In this document: positions 37,916 to 52,399 of the stretch, piece by piece
Layout: each line of letters opens with the position of its first letter
How positions within the stretch are numbered: the stretch's first letter is position 1
DNA from: Lama glama
Lineage: Eukaryota
Reading direction: 5' to 3'
Assembly (NCBI GenBank): GCA_028534125.1
Contig: CM052817.1
Location: 89,530,001-89,594,000, forward strand
DNA length: 64,000 nt
Translations under genes and position numbers: made by a program
The notes under the pieces: generated by a model
What the model saw: only the letters and a program-made list of their open reading frames with translations
Database searches by the model: none
What the model was told of the DNA's origin: nothing

Positions 37916-39156
37916 AAGTGGTCAGAACCAAAAAGATACAATTCTTTATTAAAAAAAAAAAAAAAGAAAAAGAAAGAGCGAGCGATATGACCCCGGGTCT
38001 TAATAGAGTCGTTGCATTCTAAAATGAGGATTATAAAAATAAGTGGGCATTCATTTAAAACAATACATGGGTAAAGTTCTATATAGAGCTCTGTATTTAT
38101 TATAACCCAAATAATTCTGCTATTTTCAAGGTGTCTTAGCTAATGATAATCTAACATATTTTTCATGGCTTTTCTAGGGGGAAACATCATTGATACACTT
38201 ATCAATGTTATAGTATTCTATTCTTTTACAGTAACAACAACAACGAAAATTTTCTGGGACTCCCAGAAACAAAGCACTTAATTTTAGAAGCCAAAAGATA
38301 AACTGCCTTAAAAAAAGGAAAACCCCAAAGTAAGTCTTGGTTAATGACTAGCTATGTTAAAAATGAGTCATGTAAAAGTTAATAATGTACTGGTTTTTTG
38401 AGTACTAAGTTCCCTAAAATAGCTGTGGCACTTCTATCCTCTTCATTTAGAAACATTAGCACCTAAGCATCTCACAGAGCTGCTGAGAAAAGTAGCCATT
38501 TGTTCATCTGCTCTTTCTATTTTTGTTAGAAAAGGCATAGCAGTGTGTGCAGTTTTTCAGGTGCTATCCTGCTATTATACACTGGCAGTGAATCACGTTG
38601 CTGAATTTATGCCTCACCCCCTAATTGTGTGATAATGCGGTCCTTTGATATGAATCTTATTCTTTTGAAATTTGTCACATCCCCCAGCACTTCTTTTTTT
38701 AAACTAACAGTAACTCTTCATACCCATAAGGCAATTGAAAACAAAAATGGACGGGAAAATAGAAATCAAGCATTTAAAAAAATTAAGCTACCTTAATTTG
38801 TATTCCACACTTCATTCCAAAAAACGATCTTGTGTATGTTTCCTGACTTTCATTTGGAACGCAAATTGTAGACACTGGAGAAGGAAAGGGTGCATCAATC
38901 AAATAACTTCTGTGCTTGCTCTCAGAGCAAAGCCACACTGAGACGGTGTGAGTGCTTTGAACCATACCTAGCTTTAATGTTTCTACCCTTGAATCCTTAA
39001 TCAAATAGATTGCCTCATCAGAGATTTTTTTTCTACACTTGCTTAAATTTTAATTTTCCTTTAACAAAGCAAACGCCCACATTTCCCACAAATATGTTTC
39101 ATGCGCTACATGGTACTTAAATCTTTGATGAGAACTGTTTATTTCTTTTTTGTTAC

Positions 39157-39160
<4 letters not shown>

Positions 39161-39212
<52 letters not shown>
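39161..39212. repeat. Compound (TA)n(CA)n microsatellite
   Basis: About 21 TA units followed by about 5 CA units. Confidence 0.95.
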
Positions 39213-39842
39213 TTTTTCCTCTCTGTCATTTTCCCTCATTTTCTCCCTCTCTCATTATCTCTTACATCTATGTTCTCTTAATTCTCTTTTTGTGTATTCC
39301 ATATTCTAAAATACTGAATTATCAAGTCTACTGAAGCAAGCGTAGAAGACTTCTCTTCCATTTTTATAGATGACACTGAGTTAAATTCATGCACTATTTT
39401 TTTAAACCAAGAATTAAAAAAATAATTTTATTCATAACATTCTAAGGGCTAAATGAAATCTGAATATCAGTCTTTAGGATTCTTATCTTTTATAATACCT
39501 TTGTCTAAATTGTCCCTTATGCATAGCGGAAAAGATTCTTTTGAAAATAACCCTTCAGAAAACAAAATGTGAATTATCCACATAACATTTTTTTAGTTTT
39601 ATAATAAATGGAAAGTAAATGTCCTCAATATTTACTTAATTGCTTTAAGACAACAATTATATTTTTGAAAGTTCATGATAATTATTGAATCTAATTTAAC
39701 ATAGGCATTTTTCATTATATTAGAAAATTTCTATAAATATTTTATTTCAACAATAATATCCCATTAATTTTGTGTATACAACTTATTTTAACTTTCTAAA
39801 ATTATAAATAACTTGGAAATTATACTGTAATATAAAATATTT

Positions 39843-40612
39843 TTCTTTATAGAGGTAAAACTGACATAAAATTGTAAGATATTTAAAGTGTATGTCACAG
39901 TGATTTGATACATATATACACTGTGCAAGAACTCCTATCATCTAGTTAATTAACATATCCATCACCTCACATATTTACCTTTTTGTTTTTTGATGAGAAC
40001 ACCTAAGTTCTACTCTCTCAGCAAATTTAAATTATATAATACAGTGTTATCAACTACAGTTGCCATATTTTACATTAGATCTTTAGAGTTTATTCATCTT
40101 ATAGCTAAAGTCTATACTCTTTTACTGATCTCTCCCTAATTTCCTCCCTACCTCCTGCCTAGCCCCTGGCAACCACTTTTCTACTCTGTATTTCTACAAA
40201 TTTGACTTTTTTTTTTTTTAAGTTTCCATATATAATACCATGCAGTATTTGCCTTTCTTTCTGGCTTATTTCACTCAGCATGATGTCCTCAAGGTCTATC
40301 TAAATTGTCTTAGTGTCAGGATTTCCTTCTTTCCCATGGCTTAATAATATTCCATTGTAAACACACACATACCACATCTTCTTTATCTATTCATCCATTG
40401 ATGGACACTTAGGTTATTTTCATATCTTGACTATTGTGAATAATGCTGCAGTGATCATGGGAGTGCAAATATCTCTTCAATATTCTGTTTTTATTTCCTC
40501 TGGCTATATACTCAGAAGTGGGATTACTGGATCATATGGTAATTCCTTTAATATTTTGAGGAAACTCAATCCTGTTTTCCATAGTGGCTGTACCGGTTAA
40601 CATTCTTATATG
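39843..40612 (-). mobile_element. 5'-truncated L1 (L1MA-type) 3' end
   Basis: Antisense ORF2 end and 3'UTR (cattgatggacacttaggtt, agaagtgggattactggatcatatggta); TSD atataaaatattt at 39830-39842 and 40613-40625. Confidence 0.85.
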
Positions 40613-41877
40613 ATATAAAATATTTAATGTATTTTCAATTCCTTTTTTAAAGTAGACCATTAGGACAGGGATCACTGACATAATAGATATTCATGATTTT
40701 AAGATTCTTGTCATTTCTACAAAGTTAGGTTAAGTCTTGGGGTAAGACTTAAATATAGTTTAAGTCATTATGAACCAAGTCCAAAACCTTGGAATCTGTC
40801 ATTGCTGAAGAGAGGACCATGGAGAGGTTCATTTGCCACTTCCCCAGAGTAAAAGGTACAACTTTGGAACAGTAATCAGAGAAGCTGTGTTAACCAAGGG
40901 AGGTGCTTCCCTTTGGAGGTTTTCATTGCTCCATCTTCAGGTCTATAACTTGAGGAGTAAACATTGTCAGCCCTTCTTGTTTCTGAAAGGATAGAGAAAG
41001 CCCCAGAAGTATATGTCATAGATATAATACAAACCATATTGTATAAAAATAATAAAACACTAGGCTATTTATTTGGATTATAATCCCATAAGCTCTGAAT
41101 GAAAACTTCAATTTAATGTAAAATTCTTAAATCTTGTGGGATACGTCATCTGGGAATATTGTTAACCTAAAGTCTCATTGGGTTTAATGCATTTCCTAAG
41201 TTGGTTGCATTTCAAATACTAATACATTTGCTACAGACATTTCAAAAGCATTTTAATTCATGACTATAAATGAGTATAAATAAGTATATATGTATCAAAG
41301 ATATTAATTAATTAATGCAAAGCAAAATAGCAAATAATTGAATCAATGTGTGCTTCTTTTTAATAGTTCTATGGTGAAGTAATTTTTCTCTTAAGGACTT
41401 TGTGCTTTGACAACTCACAGAAAATGCAAGCACATGAGCAATTAAACAGATTCCTTTGATGTTGATCCCACTGTATATATGTACAAGCTAAATTGCAACA
41501 ACTGAATAACATAACCTCAATGTAAGATAGAGAGAAATAAAAGTTAATCAATATTCTGAATGTTATATGTTAAATATTATTTAATCATTCCACATTTGAT
41601 AATAATACTAGTATTCCATTACTACTGTAACAATTTTTACATATTTTGTTATTATAATTTTCATTTACTGTTTCTCATGTAAAGGATATACTCAGAATCT
41701 TTAATTCATGTGAATGTCTGTATACAGTGTTTATACGACTGAGTCGTGTTATCAATGGGTGATATAAAACAAAAAGATGAAGAACCACTTACGTGACTCC
41801 TAGTGTTTTGTGTGTTTGGTGACCCCAGTGCTTTCTACTTTCACTTAAAGATATTCTAATAGTTTAAAATAGGTTTT

Positions 41878-43240
41878 AGATCTTACAACATTCACAAAAA
41901 TTAACTCTTGATGGATTAAGGACTTAAGTGTAAGTCCTAAAACGATTAAACTCCCGGAAAAAAAAAAAACATAGAGAAAAGCTCCTTGATGTTGGTCTTG
42001 GCAATAACTTTTTGGATTTTGCACCTAAAGCAAAACAACAAAATAAAAAATAAACAAGTGGAACTACATCAGACTAAAAACCCTGTGCACAGAAAAAGAA
42101 ACTATCATCAAAGTGAAAAGACAACCTACAGAATGGGAAAAATATTTGCAAACCATATATCTGATAAGAGGTTAATATCCAAAATATATAAAGGACTCAT
42201 AGAACTCAATGGCAAAAAAACAAATATAATTAAAAATGGGCAAAGAACCTGACTAGATTTTTTTCCAAAGAAAATATATAAATGGCCAACAGAAATGTGA
42301 ATAATGCTCAACATAACTAGTCATTAAGGAAGTGCAAATTAAAATCATACTGAGATTTCACCTCATGCCTGTTAGGATGGCCATCATCAAAAAGACAAGA
42401 TAAACAAATGCTGGCATGGATATGGAGAAAAGGAAATCCTTGTGCACTGTTGAGGGGAGGTTGTAAATTGGGACAACCAGTATGGTCAACAGTAAAGAGA
42501 TTCCACAAAAATTTAAAATGTAACTATCATATGATCCAGCAAATTCCACTTCTGGGAATATATTCAAAGGAAATAAAAACACTAACTCCAAGAGATACCC
42601 TGTTCAGAGCAGCATTATTTACAACAGCCAAGACATGGAAACAACCTAAGTTGTCCATCCATTGATAAATGAATAAAGAAGTGTGTATATATACACTTAC
42701 AATGGAATATTTTCCAGTTATAAAAAATGAGGAAATCCTACCATTTGCAACAACATGGTTGATCCTTAAAGGCATTATGCTAAATGAAATACATCAAGCA
42801 GAGAAAGACAAACACTGTATAATCTCACTTCTATGTGGATTATAAAAGAAAACAAGAACAAAAAGCTCAAATTCATAGAAAAAGAGTCCAGATTTGCTGT
42901 TACCAGAGGCAGGAGGTGGAGTTAGGGGAAGGAGATTTAGAGGAAGGTAGTTAAAAGGTACAAACTTTCCCTTATAAGCTAAAAACTGGGGATGGAATAT
43001 ACAACGTGATGACCAGTTAACACTGCTGTATAATATATTGTCGTTAAGAGAGTAGATTCTAAGAGTTTTCATCACAGGAGAATTTTTTTCTTTTCTTTTT
43101 ATTTTATGTATATGAGGCTATGGATGTTAACTAAACCTTTGTGGTCATCATGACATAATATATGTAAATCAGATCACTGTGCTCTACATTTTAAGCTAAT
43201 AGAATGATGTATATTAATTATTTCTCAAAATTAGAAAAAA
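41878..43240 (+). mobile_element. 5'-truncated L1 (L1MA-type): ORF2 3' part plus 3'UTR
   Basis: Translations KIFANHISDKRLISKIYK and AALFTTAKTWKQPK; A-tail; approximate TSD aaaata(a)ggttt. Confidence 0.88.
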
Positions 43241-43740
43241 ATAAGGTTTGGGCAGTCAAAAATATATCACTAGACTGCGTATACCCAATCTTCTTCACCT
43301 TTTCATACTTCTTTCTTAGGTTTGAGGCTTTGGGGAGTTTATTCATGGTGTGTATTTTAAGATTCCAGAAGGACACTTGGAGGACTGTAATGGTAAGAAG
43401 AGACAAGAACACTTAACAGCAGAGTTAAGCACATGCCTGTCCTTCTCTTAGGAAACATAGCCCACTGAGGGGAGGAGCTGGGTTTCATCCCTGGTGTGCT
43501 TTGTTTATGGCAGATCAAATGACAAATCAAAGCTACAGAGAACTCAGAAAAAGGGTATTTGAGAGCTGAGATTGCTTCAAATCTATTCAAAGCCAGGCTA
43601 ATCAAAGTAAGACTGTTCTACCTATTGGGGAATTATAAAAATTATAAATAATGTCTTTGCTTTTTCCCCAAGGGGTAAATTTCTAAGGCATTGCTTCTAT
43701 ATTTAAGTCATTGACAAGGCAGTTAGAATGATGTCATTTA

Positions 43741-43775
43741 CACACACATACACACACACAACACACACACACACA
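43741..43775. repeat. Imperfect (CA)n microsatellite
   Basis: cacacacatacacacacacaacacacacacacaca. Confidence 0.9.
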
Positions 43776-46038
43776 ACTTTTCACATTAATATAGCCTCTC
43801 AGGTATTTTTATCTTAGTATTATTATCTTAGAATTAATTAGGATGAAGAAATGAGAGAGGTCTGTAAATGAAAAGTCTTTAATTCAGAATCTTTGAACTT
43901 GAGTTAAGACTGGACAGAAAAGTGGTTAGAGTAGTCAAGGAGACTTGTGATGTGAGAAGGAGAAACAGTGCAGAGACTTTGGGTAGCTCTACAAGTCAGC
44001 ATTTCATTATGTAGTGACTGATGCTATAATCCTTTATTTTATTTCACTGTATATTATTACATTTATTCATATTTGGGGTCAGTGAGACAAACATAAGCAG
44101 ATTATATGTAAATACAACTTTATAATATTATAGTACCAGGATATTCTGTTTATTTCTCATGGGTTAATTTAAATAATATCACTTGATAGTTTTTATTTAT
44201 TGTGGGTAGTTATGTCCTTTCTTGTTCTTCATTATTCTCACTCCCAATTAACCTACAGGGTGGGGTCCACTAGGAACTGTTTATTGCAAGTTAAATAAAT
44301 ATTTATTGATTTTAGTTCAAGTGCTTCAACATATCTTCAAAATGTGATATACTTTAATGAAGATAGATAGTAGATAACATATCCATTGTGAAACATCAAG
44401 AGAAGTAAATATTGAATACTTTTCAAATTGAGAGGAAAAAAATTCAAATAAGTTCAAATAATTCTCTTCAGGGAGAGATGGACAAAAAAATCAACTTGTT
44501 TTCATTTGTTGGAAAAACACTCTGAAGAATGGGTTGTAAGAGCCTCGCACTGTATGCAACATATAATAGTAGATTATATCTCTTTTTGTTTCCTCCACCA
44601 CAGTCACTGCTCAAATCGGTTTGTTTATGGGAGGCCTCATTAATGGTTCTTTACAGCTGACCCCTGCTGTAGAGGGTATTACCACTCCACAGGTTTCTAT
44701 CACACAATTTTCTGGGTATGTCAAAAGCATATGTCAGAGCAGAAAGGGCAGAGATAAACCTTGGGGATTCTGAAGAGTGACACCTGGCTGGAATTCAATT
44801 TGTCAGGAAATGTAAAGCTGTGTTGCAATGCACCAAGAAGCTTGGGTTAGCTTAAAATGACTCATTTACTAGAGTTTAAAATTAACTCTAAGGACCGTCT
44901 GTGACAGTGTTCAAACTCTATACAAACATAATGCTGAAATATTTAAACCCAGTGCAAATTATGTTTTGATTCAAGACAATGAATATGCTTAATTAAACTG
45001 GCACTGAAAATGTAAATATTTTAGCTAGCATCATATTAACGCTAAAACCCTGGGAATTAAATTGTACATTTCTAATATTTCATAATGATGAAATTCAAAA
45101 TGTTATTGTTGTGTTTATAAAGGACTCTATTGTTAGGCAGCATATTCATTATGAGACAATGGTTACACATCTAATTCCACAGCAGGGAAGGGATTCAATG
45201 GTTCAATATTGCATACAACAACAATAAGAGTTTTTACCAAAAAATCAATACGATGTAATATTGGATTCCAAATTCTGAAGTCATGGAAAGAAAGAAGATA
45301 TCACAACCAGTTGACATTTGTAATTATAGTCACATTGCATCTTAGTGCACTCTGTAAGCAAATTCTTTTGGTAATAAAATAAACTGGCATTCCAATTAAC
45401 TAAACTAAAAACAGGGGCCATTTCAGGAGAAAAATGTAATGCTTTACCTAAGAACTAAGAGCAAACAACTACAAAATAAAAATAAGTCTAACACCACCTT
45501 GATTTTTCTAAAGTGTGGGAACGGGATTCTTCACTAATGAAACAGTCCCCTATCATTTTATGCAAAGACGTTTTGCTTCTTTTGATCTAATGTTGTCTCT
45601 ACTTTGTTCAACAATTTGTATAAAGACAAAACATGGTAACTGGATATCTCTTTGCCCACTACTGGAAAAATCAATGCTATGAAAATTATTTTAAAATCAG
45701 AAATTCAAAGTTTGGTTGTCTTTTGTTGAATTTTGAATATAGTCTTAAATGCTGGTGGGAATCTGTTGATATTTTAAAATATTTAGTTTAAATGGCCACT
45801 TTGGAAAGTGAGATATCATGCATCTGTAGGATTTAAATTTAATCTTCTCTTTCATATGGTTAGCTTCCCACCCTATCCCATAGCTACCCACATTGCCCAA
45901 ACAGGATTATCTTCAGAGTGTGTCTGTTCTCCTGTTCATTTACCTGTATTTTCTTTAATCACATGTGTGAGAGAGAAAAAAATCAAATGGATTTTTAAAG
46001 AAATAATTTGTGTACATCAGCATTGTTAACAACACCCT

Positions 46039-46560
46039 TGTGATAGGTAGTTTCTAACATGATCCCCAATAATCCCTGCCTCCTTTTTATCATTCCCTTG
46101 TATAATCCCCACTCCTTGAACGTGACCTAGACTTAGGGACTAAAATGAAGCAAAAGTGAGGGGACAGAATTCCCAAGATTAAAAAGAAAGTGACTTCAGC
46201 CTTGGGTGCCCTCTCTTGCTCTTTTGTTCAGAGGGAATCCAGCTACCTGCTATATTTTCATCTGTGACATGGAGAGGGCTTCATGACAAAGAATTAAGGT
46301 GGACCTTCAACCAATAACTGGTGATGAGTTGAATCCTGTCAGTTCCCACATGCATGAGTGTGGAAAGCAAGTCCTCTCCCAGACACATATTCAGATGCAA
46401 CTACAACCCCATCCTACATCATGACTGCAGCTTTCTGGGAGACCTCGAAACAGAGATAAGTCACAATTGGATTCCTTATTCACAGAAACAGCCAATGTTT
46501 GCTGTTTAAACCACTGAGTTTTGGGGTCATTTCTTATGTTAACAATAGATAGCTAATGCA
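46039..46560 (+). mobile_element. MLT1F-type MaLR solo LTR
   Basis: tgtgataggtagtttctaacatgatccccaataatccctgcc ... gctgtttaaaccactgagttttggggtc...aatagatagctaatgca. Confidence 0.8.
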
Positions 46561-47839
46561 ACTTTTTCACCCTCACATCTCATATAGAACCTGTCAATCA
46601 CTGAACAAAACTTACTGAGTCAACAATAGGTGTTCAAAGGAAATCTAAAATTTAGTTTCTGATGTTGAGCTAAGTAACCAAGATCAAGATTCATTTCCTT
46701 CCTGTTGATTAGTGACTCTGCGGGTAGCTGATACTGCAGAGTGCCACAAATCGTACTGTCATTTTATACTTTATACTAATTGTCAAAAACTTTTAATATG
46801 ACATTTTAAAGAAGTATAAGAAGTACTGGACACAGGTTAATTTTATTTTTCAATTTCTATAGCCCAAGGGGTTTTGACCTAAGCCACAGTGTCTTTAGAA
46901 ATCAGTCTTAGATATAAAAAGATTCTGAAAATAGGAACTAAGTTTCCTCCCTTTTCAGGTATCACCAAACAAAATTCCCACTCTGAGCCTGATACAGATA
47001 TCGACACAAATGTAGGTATAGATATAAAACTTCAACTACCATAGTTACCAAGTATTCTGAACATCTCAAGTATACAGGTTATCTACTGACTGACACGCCG
47101 AAAGCCAATATAGAGTAGCATGGTTACAAATAATTCCATGAAAAGAATTCTGTAGAACCCATAAGGTGCCAAAAAGAATCACTGAAGGGAAGAAGTCTAA
47201 GAGGAGGATGGAGGATTCTTGTGGTAAAAGTCCCCTTACTTTAAAACAAAGTTTTTAAACTATGAAGATGATAGCACCTGCACACACAGATGCACACTCG
47301 TTTCCTGGTTAGAAACGAATAGGAAAATGTTGGTCCTGATGCTGATCTGATCCTACACCATCTAGTCATTTATTTGTCTCTGTAAACAAATAAAGATAAA
47401 CTAAAGTGGCCCTAGGGACTTCTATGTGACCATCATAATCACTAATGTAAGTCACCTTTTGCATTCTCAAGTCTGTGAGGATGTAACTGGAAATCTGTAG
47501 AAAAAATTAGACAACTTGGCTTTTAAAACTGAAATAAAAAAATAAACATAAAACATAGAATCTGTAAAAGATTCCACTTAAAAGCAAGAACTGTGCAAAA
47601 CTAATACATAGATTTAGATATAAGCATTACTTTTTTCTTATAACAACTATCTTTATAAAATGTAACCTCTTTTTCTATCACTGTGACACATGCCATTGAA
47701 ACATTAAACCTAAAAACAGGATCCTTAGTCCCTGCCATTTTATTCATATTTGTTTTGTTTGTTTGCTTGCTTGCATCCATTAGTGGAAAAAAAGAAAACC
47801 TAAGGCCTGAAGTAACTTTTATAATAACTGACAACATAA

Positions 47840-48120
47840 CTATTACAAATATTAGCTGATTATTATATCAACATGAAACAAAGATAAGGCTTACTATGGT
47901 ATATATGAAAGTTGTTAAGAGAGTAGATTTATTTAAGAGTTCTCATCACAAGGAAAAAAGATCCCATTTTTTGGTATCTATATGTGATGATGAATGTTAA
48001 CCAAACTCATTGTGGTAATCATTTCACAATATATGTAAGTCAAATTATTATACTGTACACCTTAAACTTATACAGTGTTATTATATGTCAATTGCATCTC
48101 AACAAAATTTCAGGGAAAAA
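47840..48120 (+). mobile_element. L1 3'UTR fragment (L1MA-type)
   Basis: gttgttaagagagtagatt...gagttctcatcacaagg...ctgtacaccttaaacttatacagtg; homologous to ~43040-43230. Confidence 0.8.
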
Positions 48121-48619
48121 GAGAGATGACAAGATCAGACTATAACCAGAGCTGTTTTATCTTTTGCTTATCTCTTGCTGTTTATAGCCAAGGAGTTTAC
48201 TGGTAGCTTAGTCAGACTAATTTGTTAGGTAATATCACAATCACACTGCAAGTGTGTCTACCATTATCCATATGCATAGTAAGTAGCTCTTTCTTATTCA
48301 GTAGCTACTCAATATATGTATACATACACACCAACACACACACATGACTAATTTTATTAATTTATGAATGAAAATGCTAGATACTTACCATATAAACTTC
48401 TTTGCGCAAGGGCTAAGTCTCTTTTTTGGTGTCTTATTATTGCCACACTATAAAATATATTTCTAGTTACTTCGGCTAAAGTTCAAATAACTTGTCCTAA
48501 CTACTGCACTAGGGTTTGAGACTTCCCTACTTAATTATTAATTTATGTAGATCATATTGCTTAAGATTCCTTGAAAAGTATACAAGGCAACATAATTAAT
48601 AATTACCATTAAAATTTAT

Positions 48620-51050
48620 TTTTATAATGATAAAAGGATCAATCAATCATAAAGACATAAGAATATGAAATTGTGTATGTACCAAATAAGAGAGCCTAAA
48701 AATACACACACCAAAAACAGATAGACCCGAAGAGAAACAGACAAACTCACAATCATAGTTAGGGATTTCAATATCCCCCTCTTGTCAATTGATAGAGCTA
48801 CTAAACAGAAAATCAGTAAGGATATAGAAAAAATGGATTACACTCAACCACCGGGATCTAACATATAGAACACTCCAGCCAACAACAGCAGAATATACAT
48901 TTTTTTTCCTGAAGATATTCACCAACATAGACTATATCATGGGCCAAAAACAAATTTCAACAAACTGAAACTAAAATTACGCAGATTATGTTCTCTGACT
49001 ATAATGGAATCAAAATAGAACTCAATAACTGAAGGATAAGAGGAAATCTCCAAACACATGACAATGAACAACATACTTCTAATTAATCCATGAGGCCAAC
49101 AGAAAGTGTCAAAAGGAAGTTTAAAAAATATATGCAGAATGAATGAAAATATAATATATTAAAATATGTGGAATTCAACTAACAGAGCTAAAAGAGAAAT
49201 TTATGGCACTAAATTCTTACCTTAGACACAAGGAAAGGTCTCAAACCAGTAACATATATTCTACCTTCAGAAAAAAAGAAGTTAATGTAAAATAAAAACA
49301 AAGCAAACCAAAGGAAGGAAATAATAAAGATTAAGGCAAAAATTGATAAAATTTTCAATTTTCAAGAGGAAACAATAGAAAAATCAATGAAGCTAATAGC
49401 TGGTTCTTTAAAAAAAGTCAGTGAAATTGAGTCACTCTGTCTGGTGTTAGGACTTATTATAAAGTGACTGTAATGAAGACAGTGTGGTATTGTTGGAGGA
49501 CAGTCCCATAGATCAATGAAACAGAATAGAGAACTGAAATATAGACCTATAAATATGTGCCTGAGACTGACAAAAATGCAAAAGCAATTCAATGGATAGA
49601 GTACAGAATTTTCAGTGAATGGTGTTGAAACAATTGGATATTTATAGGCAAAAAAGAAAGAGGAAAAGGCAGAAAAGAACCTCAACTTAAATATCACACT
49701 GTAATACAAAAGTAACTCAAAATGGATTATAAACTTACATGCAAAATATGGAACTGTATAACTTTTAGAAAAATACATAAAAGAAATTCTTTGGGACCTG
49801 GGGCTAGGTGGTAAGTTCTTAGGCTTGTTACCAAAGCACAATCCATTAAAAGAAAAAATCATAAATTGGACCTCATGAAAATTTAAAAAAAAAACAAAAC
49901 TTTTCTCTGTAAAAGATTCAGTAAAAAGGGTAAAAATCAAGCACAAACTGAGAAAAAATACTTTCAAGTCATATCCAACATAAGAACTATATCTAGAATA
50001 TGTAAAGAGCTCTTTAGTTAACAGTGAAAAAACAAATAATCCAATCAGAAAATAGAAGACAAAGCAATTATTTAACTAAAAGGATATATAGATATCAAAT
50101 AAACATATGAAAATATATTCAATATTGTTAGTCATAAGAAAAATACAAATTAAAACCACATTAATATTTACTACACACCAATAAGAATGGCTAAAATCAA
50201 GTATAGTGATGATATCATGTGCCATCAAGGACGTCCAAGAATCAGATCCCTCATACATTGCTGACGGGAATGTAAAATAGGACATGTATTCTGGAAAAGG
50301 TATGACATTTTCTTAAAAAATGAAACATCTGCTTATATATGACCAAGCAGTTCCAGTCTTGGGCATTTATTCTAGAGAAATGAAAATTTATGTTCAACCA
50401 AAATCATAGACAAATGTTCATTGCAGCTTTATTTTCAATAGTCCAAATCTGGAAACAACTAAATTCTTTCATTGTACGAATATATATAGTACTACAGTTC
50501 ACCTAATCCACGGAATACAATGCAGTCTTAAAAAGGAACACGATATTCATACATATGAAAATTTGGATAGATCATAAAAGAATTATGCTGAGTGATGGAA
50601 AAAAACTCAAAAGGTTGTATATCATTGAATTCATATAACATTCTTGAAATGACAAAATTATGAGGATGGAGAACAGATAAGTGGTAATCAGGTATTAGGG
50701 AGAGGCAGAGGTAAGGGAGAGAGCTCTCATTATAGAAGAGTAGCAAGAGGAATCCTTATAATGGAATTATCCTGTATCTTGACTATGGTCTTAGTCACAC
50801 AAATAATATGATAAAATTGCAAGGAACTAAATACACATACAAACACACACAAATGAGTATATATAAAACTTGTCAAATCTGAATAAGGTAAGTGATGTAT
50901 CAATGTCTATTTCTTGCTTCCGATATACTACAAGTAATGCAAGATATTGAGATTGGGAGGAACTGAGTAAAGTTTATACAGAATTGCTCTGACCTATTTA
51001 TTAAAACTACGTGTTAGTCTATAACTATCTCAAAATAAAAATTTTTAAAA
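48620..51050 (+). mobile_element. Old L1 (L1MB/L1MC-type) with a large internal ORF2 deletion near 49435
   Basis: Endonuclease-region remnants (tcacaatcatagttagggatttcaatatccc, ccaacaacagcagaatatacatt) joined to late ORF2 (gacagtgtggtattg, gaaacagaatagagaac) and a 3'UTR ending ctataactatctcaaaataaaaattttt. Confidence 0.8.
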
Positions 51051-51079
51051 AGTATTTTTAATGATAATCAGAATTAATG

Positions 51080-51320
51080 ATAATGATCATAATAGCTACT
51101 TACTAAGCATCATGTACAGTGCTAAGCCCTTATAATATCATTTTTTAATTGTTGTGAGAGCTCTATGAAACAGGTATATGTTATTAATCCCCATTCACAA
51201 ATAAGAACATTGATGTTTTGGAAGTTAATAAAATTCACCTAAAAGGATAGAGCTTATTAGTAAAAAAAGCAGGGATTTAAACTCAATGGTTAGTTTGAGT
51301 ACAGAGCTAAGGCTTTTGGC
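51080..51320 (-). mobile_element. MIR SINE
   Basis: ataatagctacttactaagcatcatgtacagtgctaag...ttattaatccccattcacaaataagaacattga. Confidence 0.6.
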
Positions 51321-52399
51321 TACAATACTTTTTGTTATGAAATAAAGTTAAGTTTATTATTTCATATGTTCTTTATACTTGCACAATGGTTGGCAATAAA
51401 TCTATAAATATTTATGAATAAATGAACACAATCATTAAACCAGCAAATTTTATTCTCTGAAAGCAAAAGAATAATGGCATAAGGGAAAGAAGCAAATTCC
51501 TTGTTCCTGCAAATCATGTAATTTGGAACTCAGTGAACATTTGAACTTCAGTTTCTTGATTGCCTGACTAGAGAAATGGATGCTTCATATATCTTTTAGA
51601 TCCTAACTTTCAAATATCAGATGTCTCCAGCAAGTTTTTGGCATCATAGTTAATTTATGATTGACATTTTTAATGAGTGTCTGAAATGCCAATATTTTGT
51701 GCTGTTGATAAAAGGATCCATATGCTTTACATTTCAGACACTCAGGCAGCTGAATTGACATTCTGTTGTGAAATGTTAAATTCCTAATATGATTCCAAAT
51801 CTAGGCAGTAGGCTAACCCATTTCCATAAGGAACTTAGAATATGCTCAAGATTTTTCTCCTTATTTTCATCTGACACCAGGGGTTTTGAAATACCTAGGA
51901 TGTGCAAATACAAGTATTATTACAGACTAATCTTAATCAAGAATGACAAATGCTCTGTAGAATTAGCAACATTATTTGCTAGCACAAGGGACTGAGTTAG
52001 TAATTTTATATTGAAGAGCTCAGGAAACCCTCACTAGCACTTTAACAGGAACTTGTTCAGGTGTCAACTGTCCACATCAGGACTTCAGGAGAGCAGGGAG
52101 TTGGTGTGTTTCCCTTACCACACTATTTCCAACATTTAGAACCGTGCTTGGCAAACAATGAGGGTAGTTGTAGCAACAAAGTAGCTGAAAAATAATCTAG
52201 TAAACATTGTAAACAAGCACATTTAGATTTCCCCCCAATATTGTATATTGATCTCAATTGCTGTGTTTATTTGAACCGCATCCCAGTTAGTCTTCTCTCA
52301 TTCTTTTCTTTAGAAAACAATGAGGTATAGTTGATTTACAATAATATATAAATTTCAGGTGTACAACATAATTCTGAATAGCTTTTGCCCAGATTATGA

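Noticed and set aside
40729..40751. 9-bp inverted repeat ttaagtctt/aagacttaa
   Set aside because: Short and AT-rich; expected by chance
49362..49967. 201-aa minus-strand hydrophobic ORF
   Set aside because: Antisense reading of A-rich L1 ORF2, which gives Phe-rich artefactual ORFs
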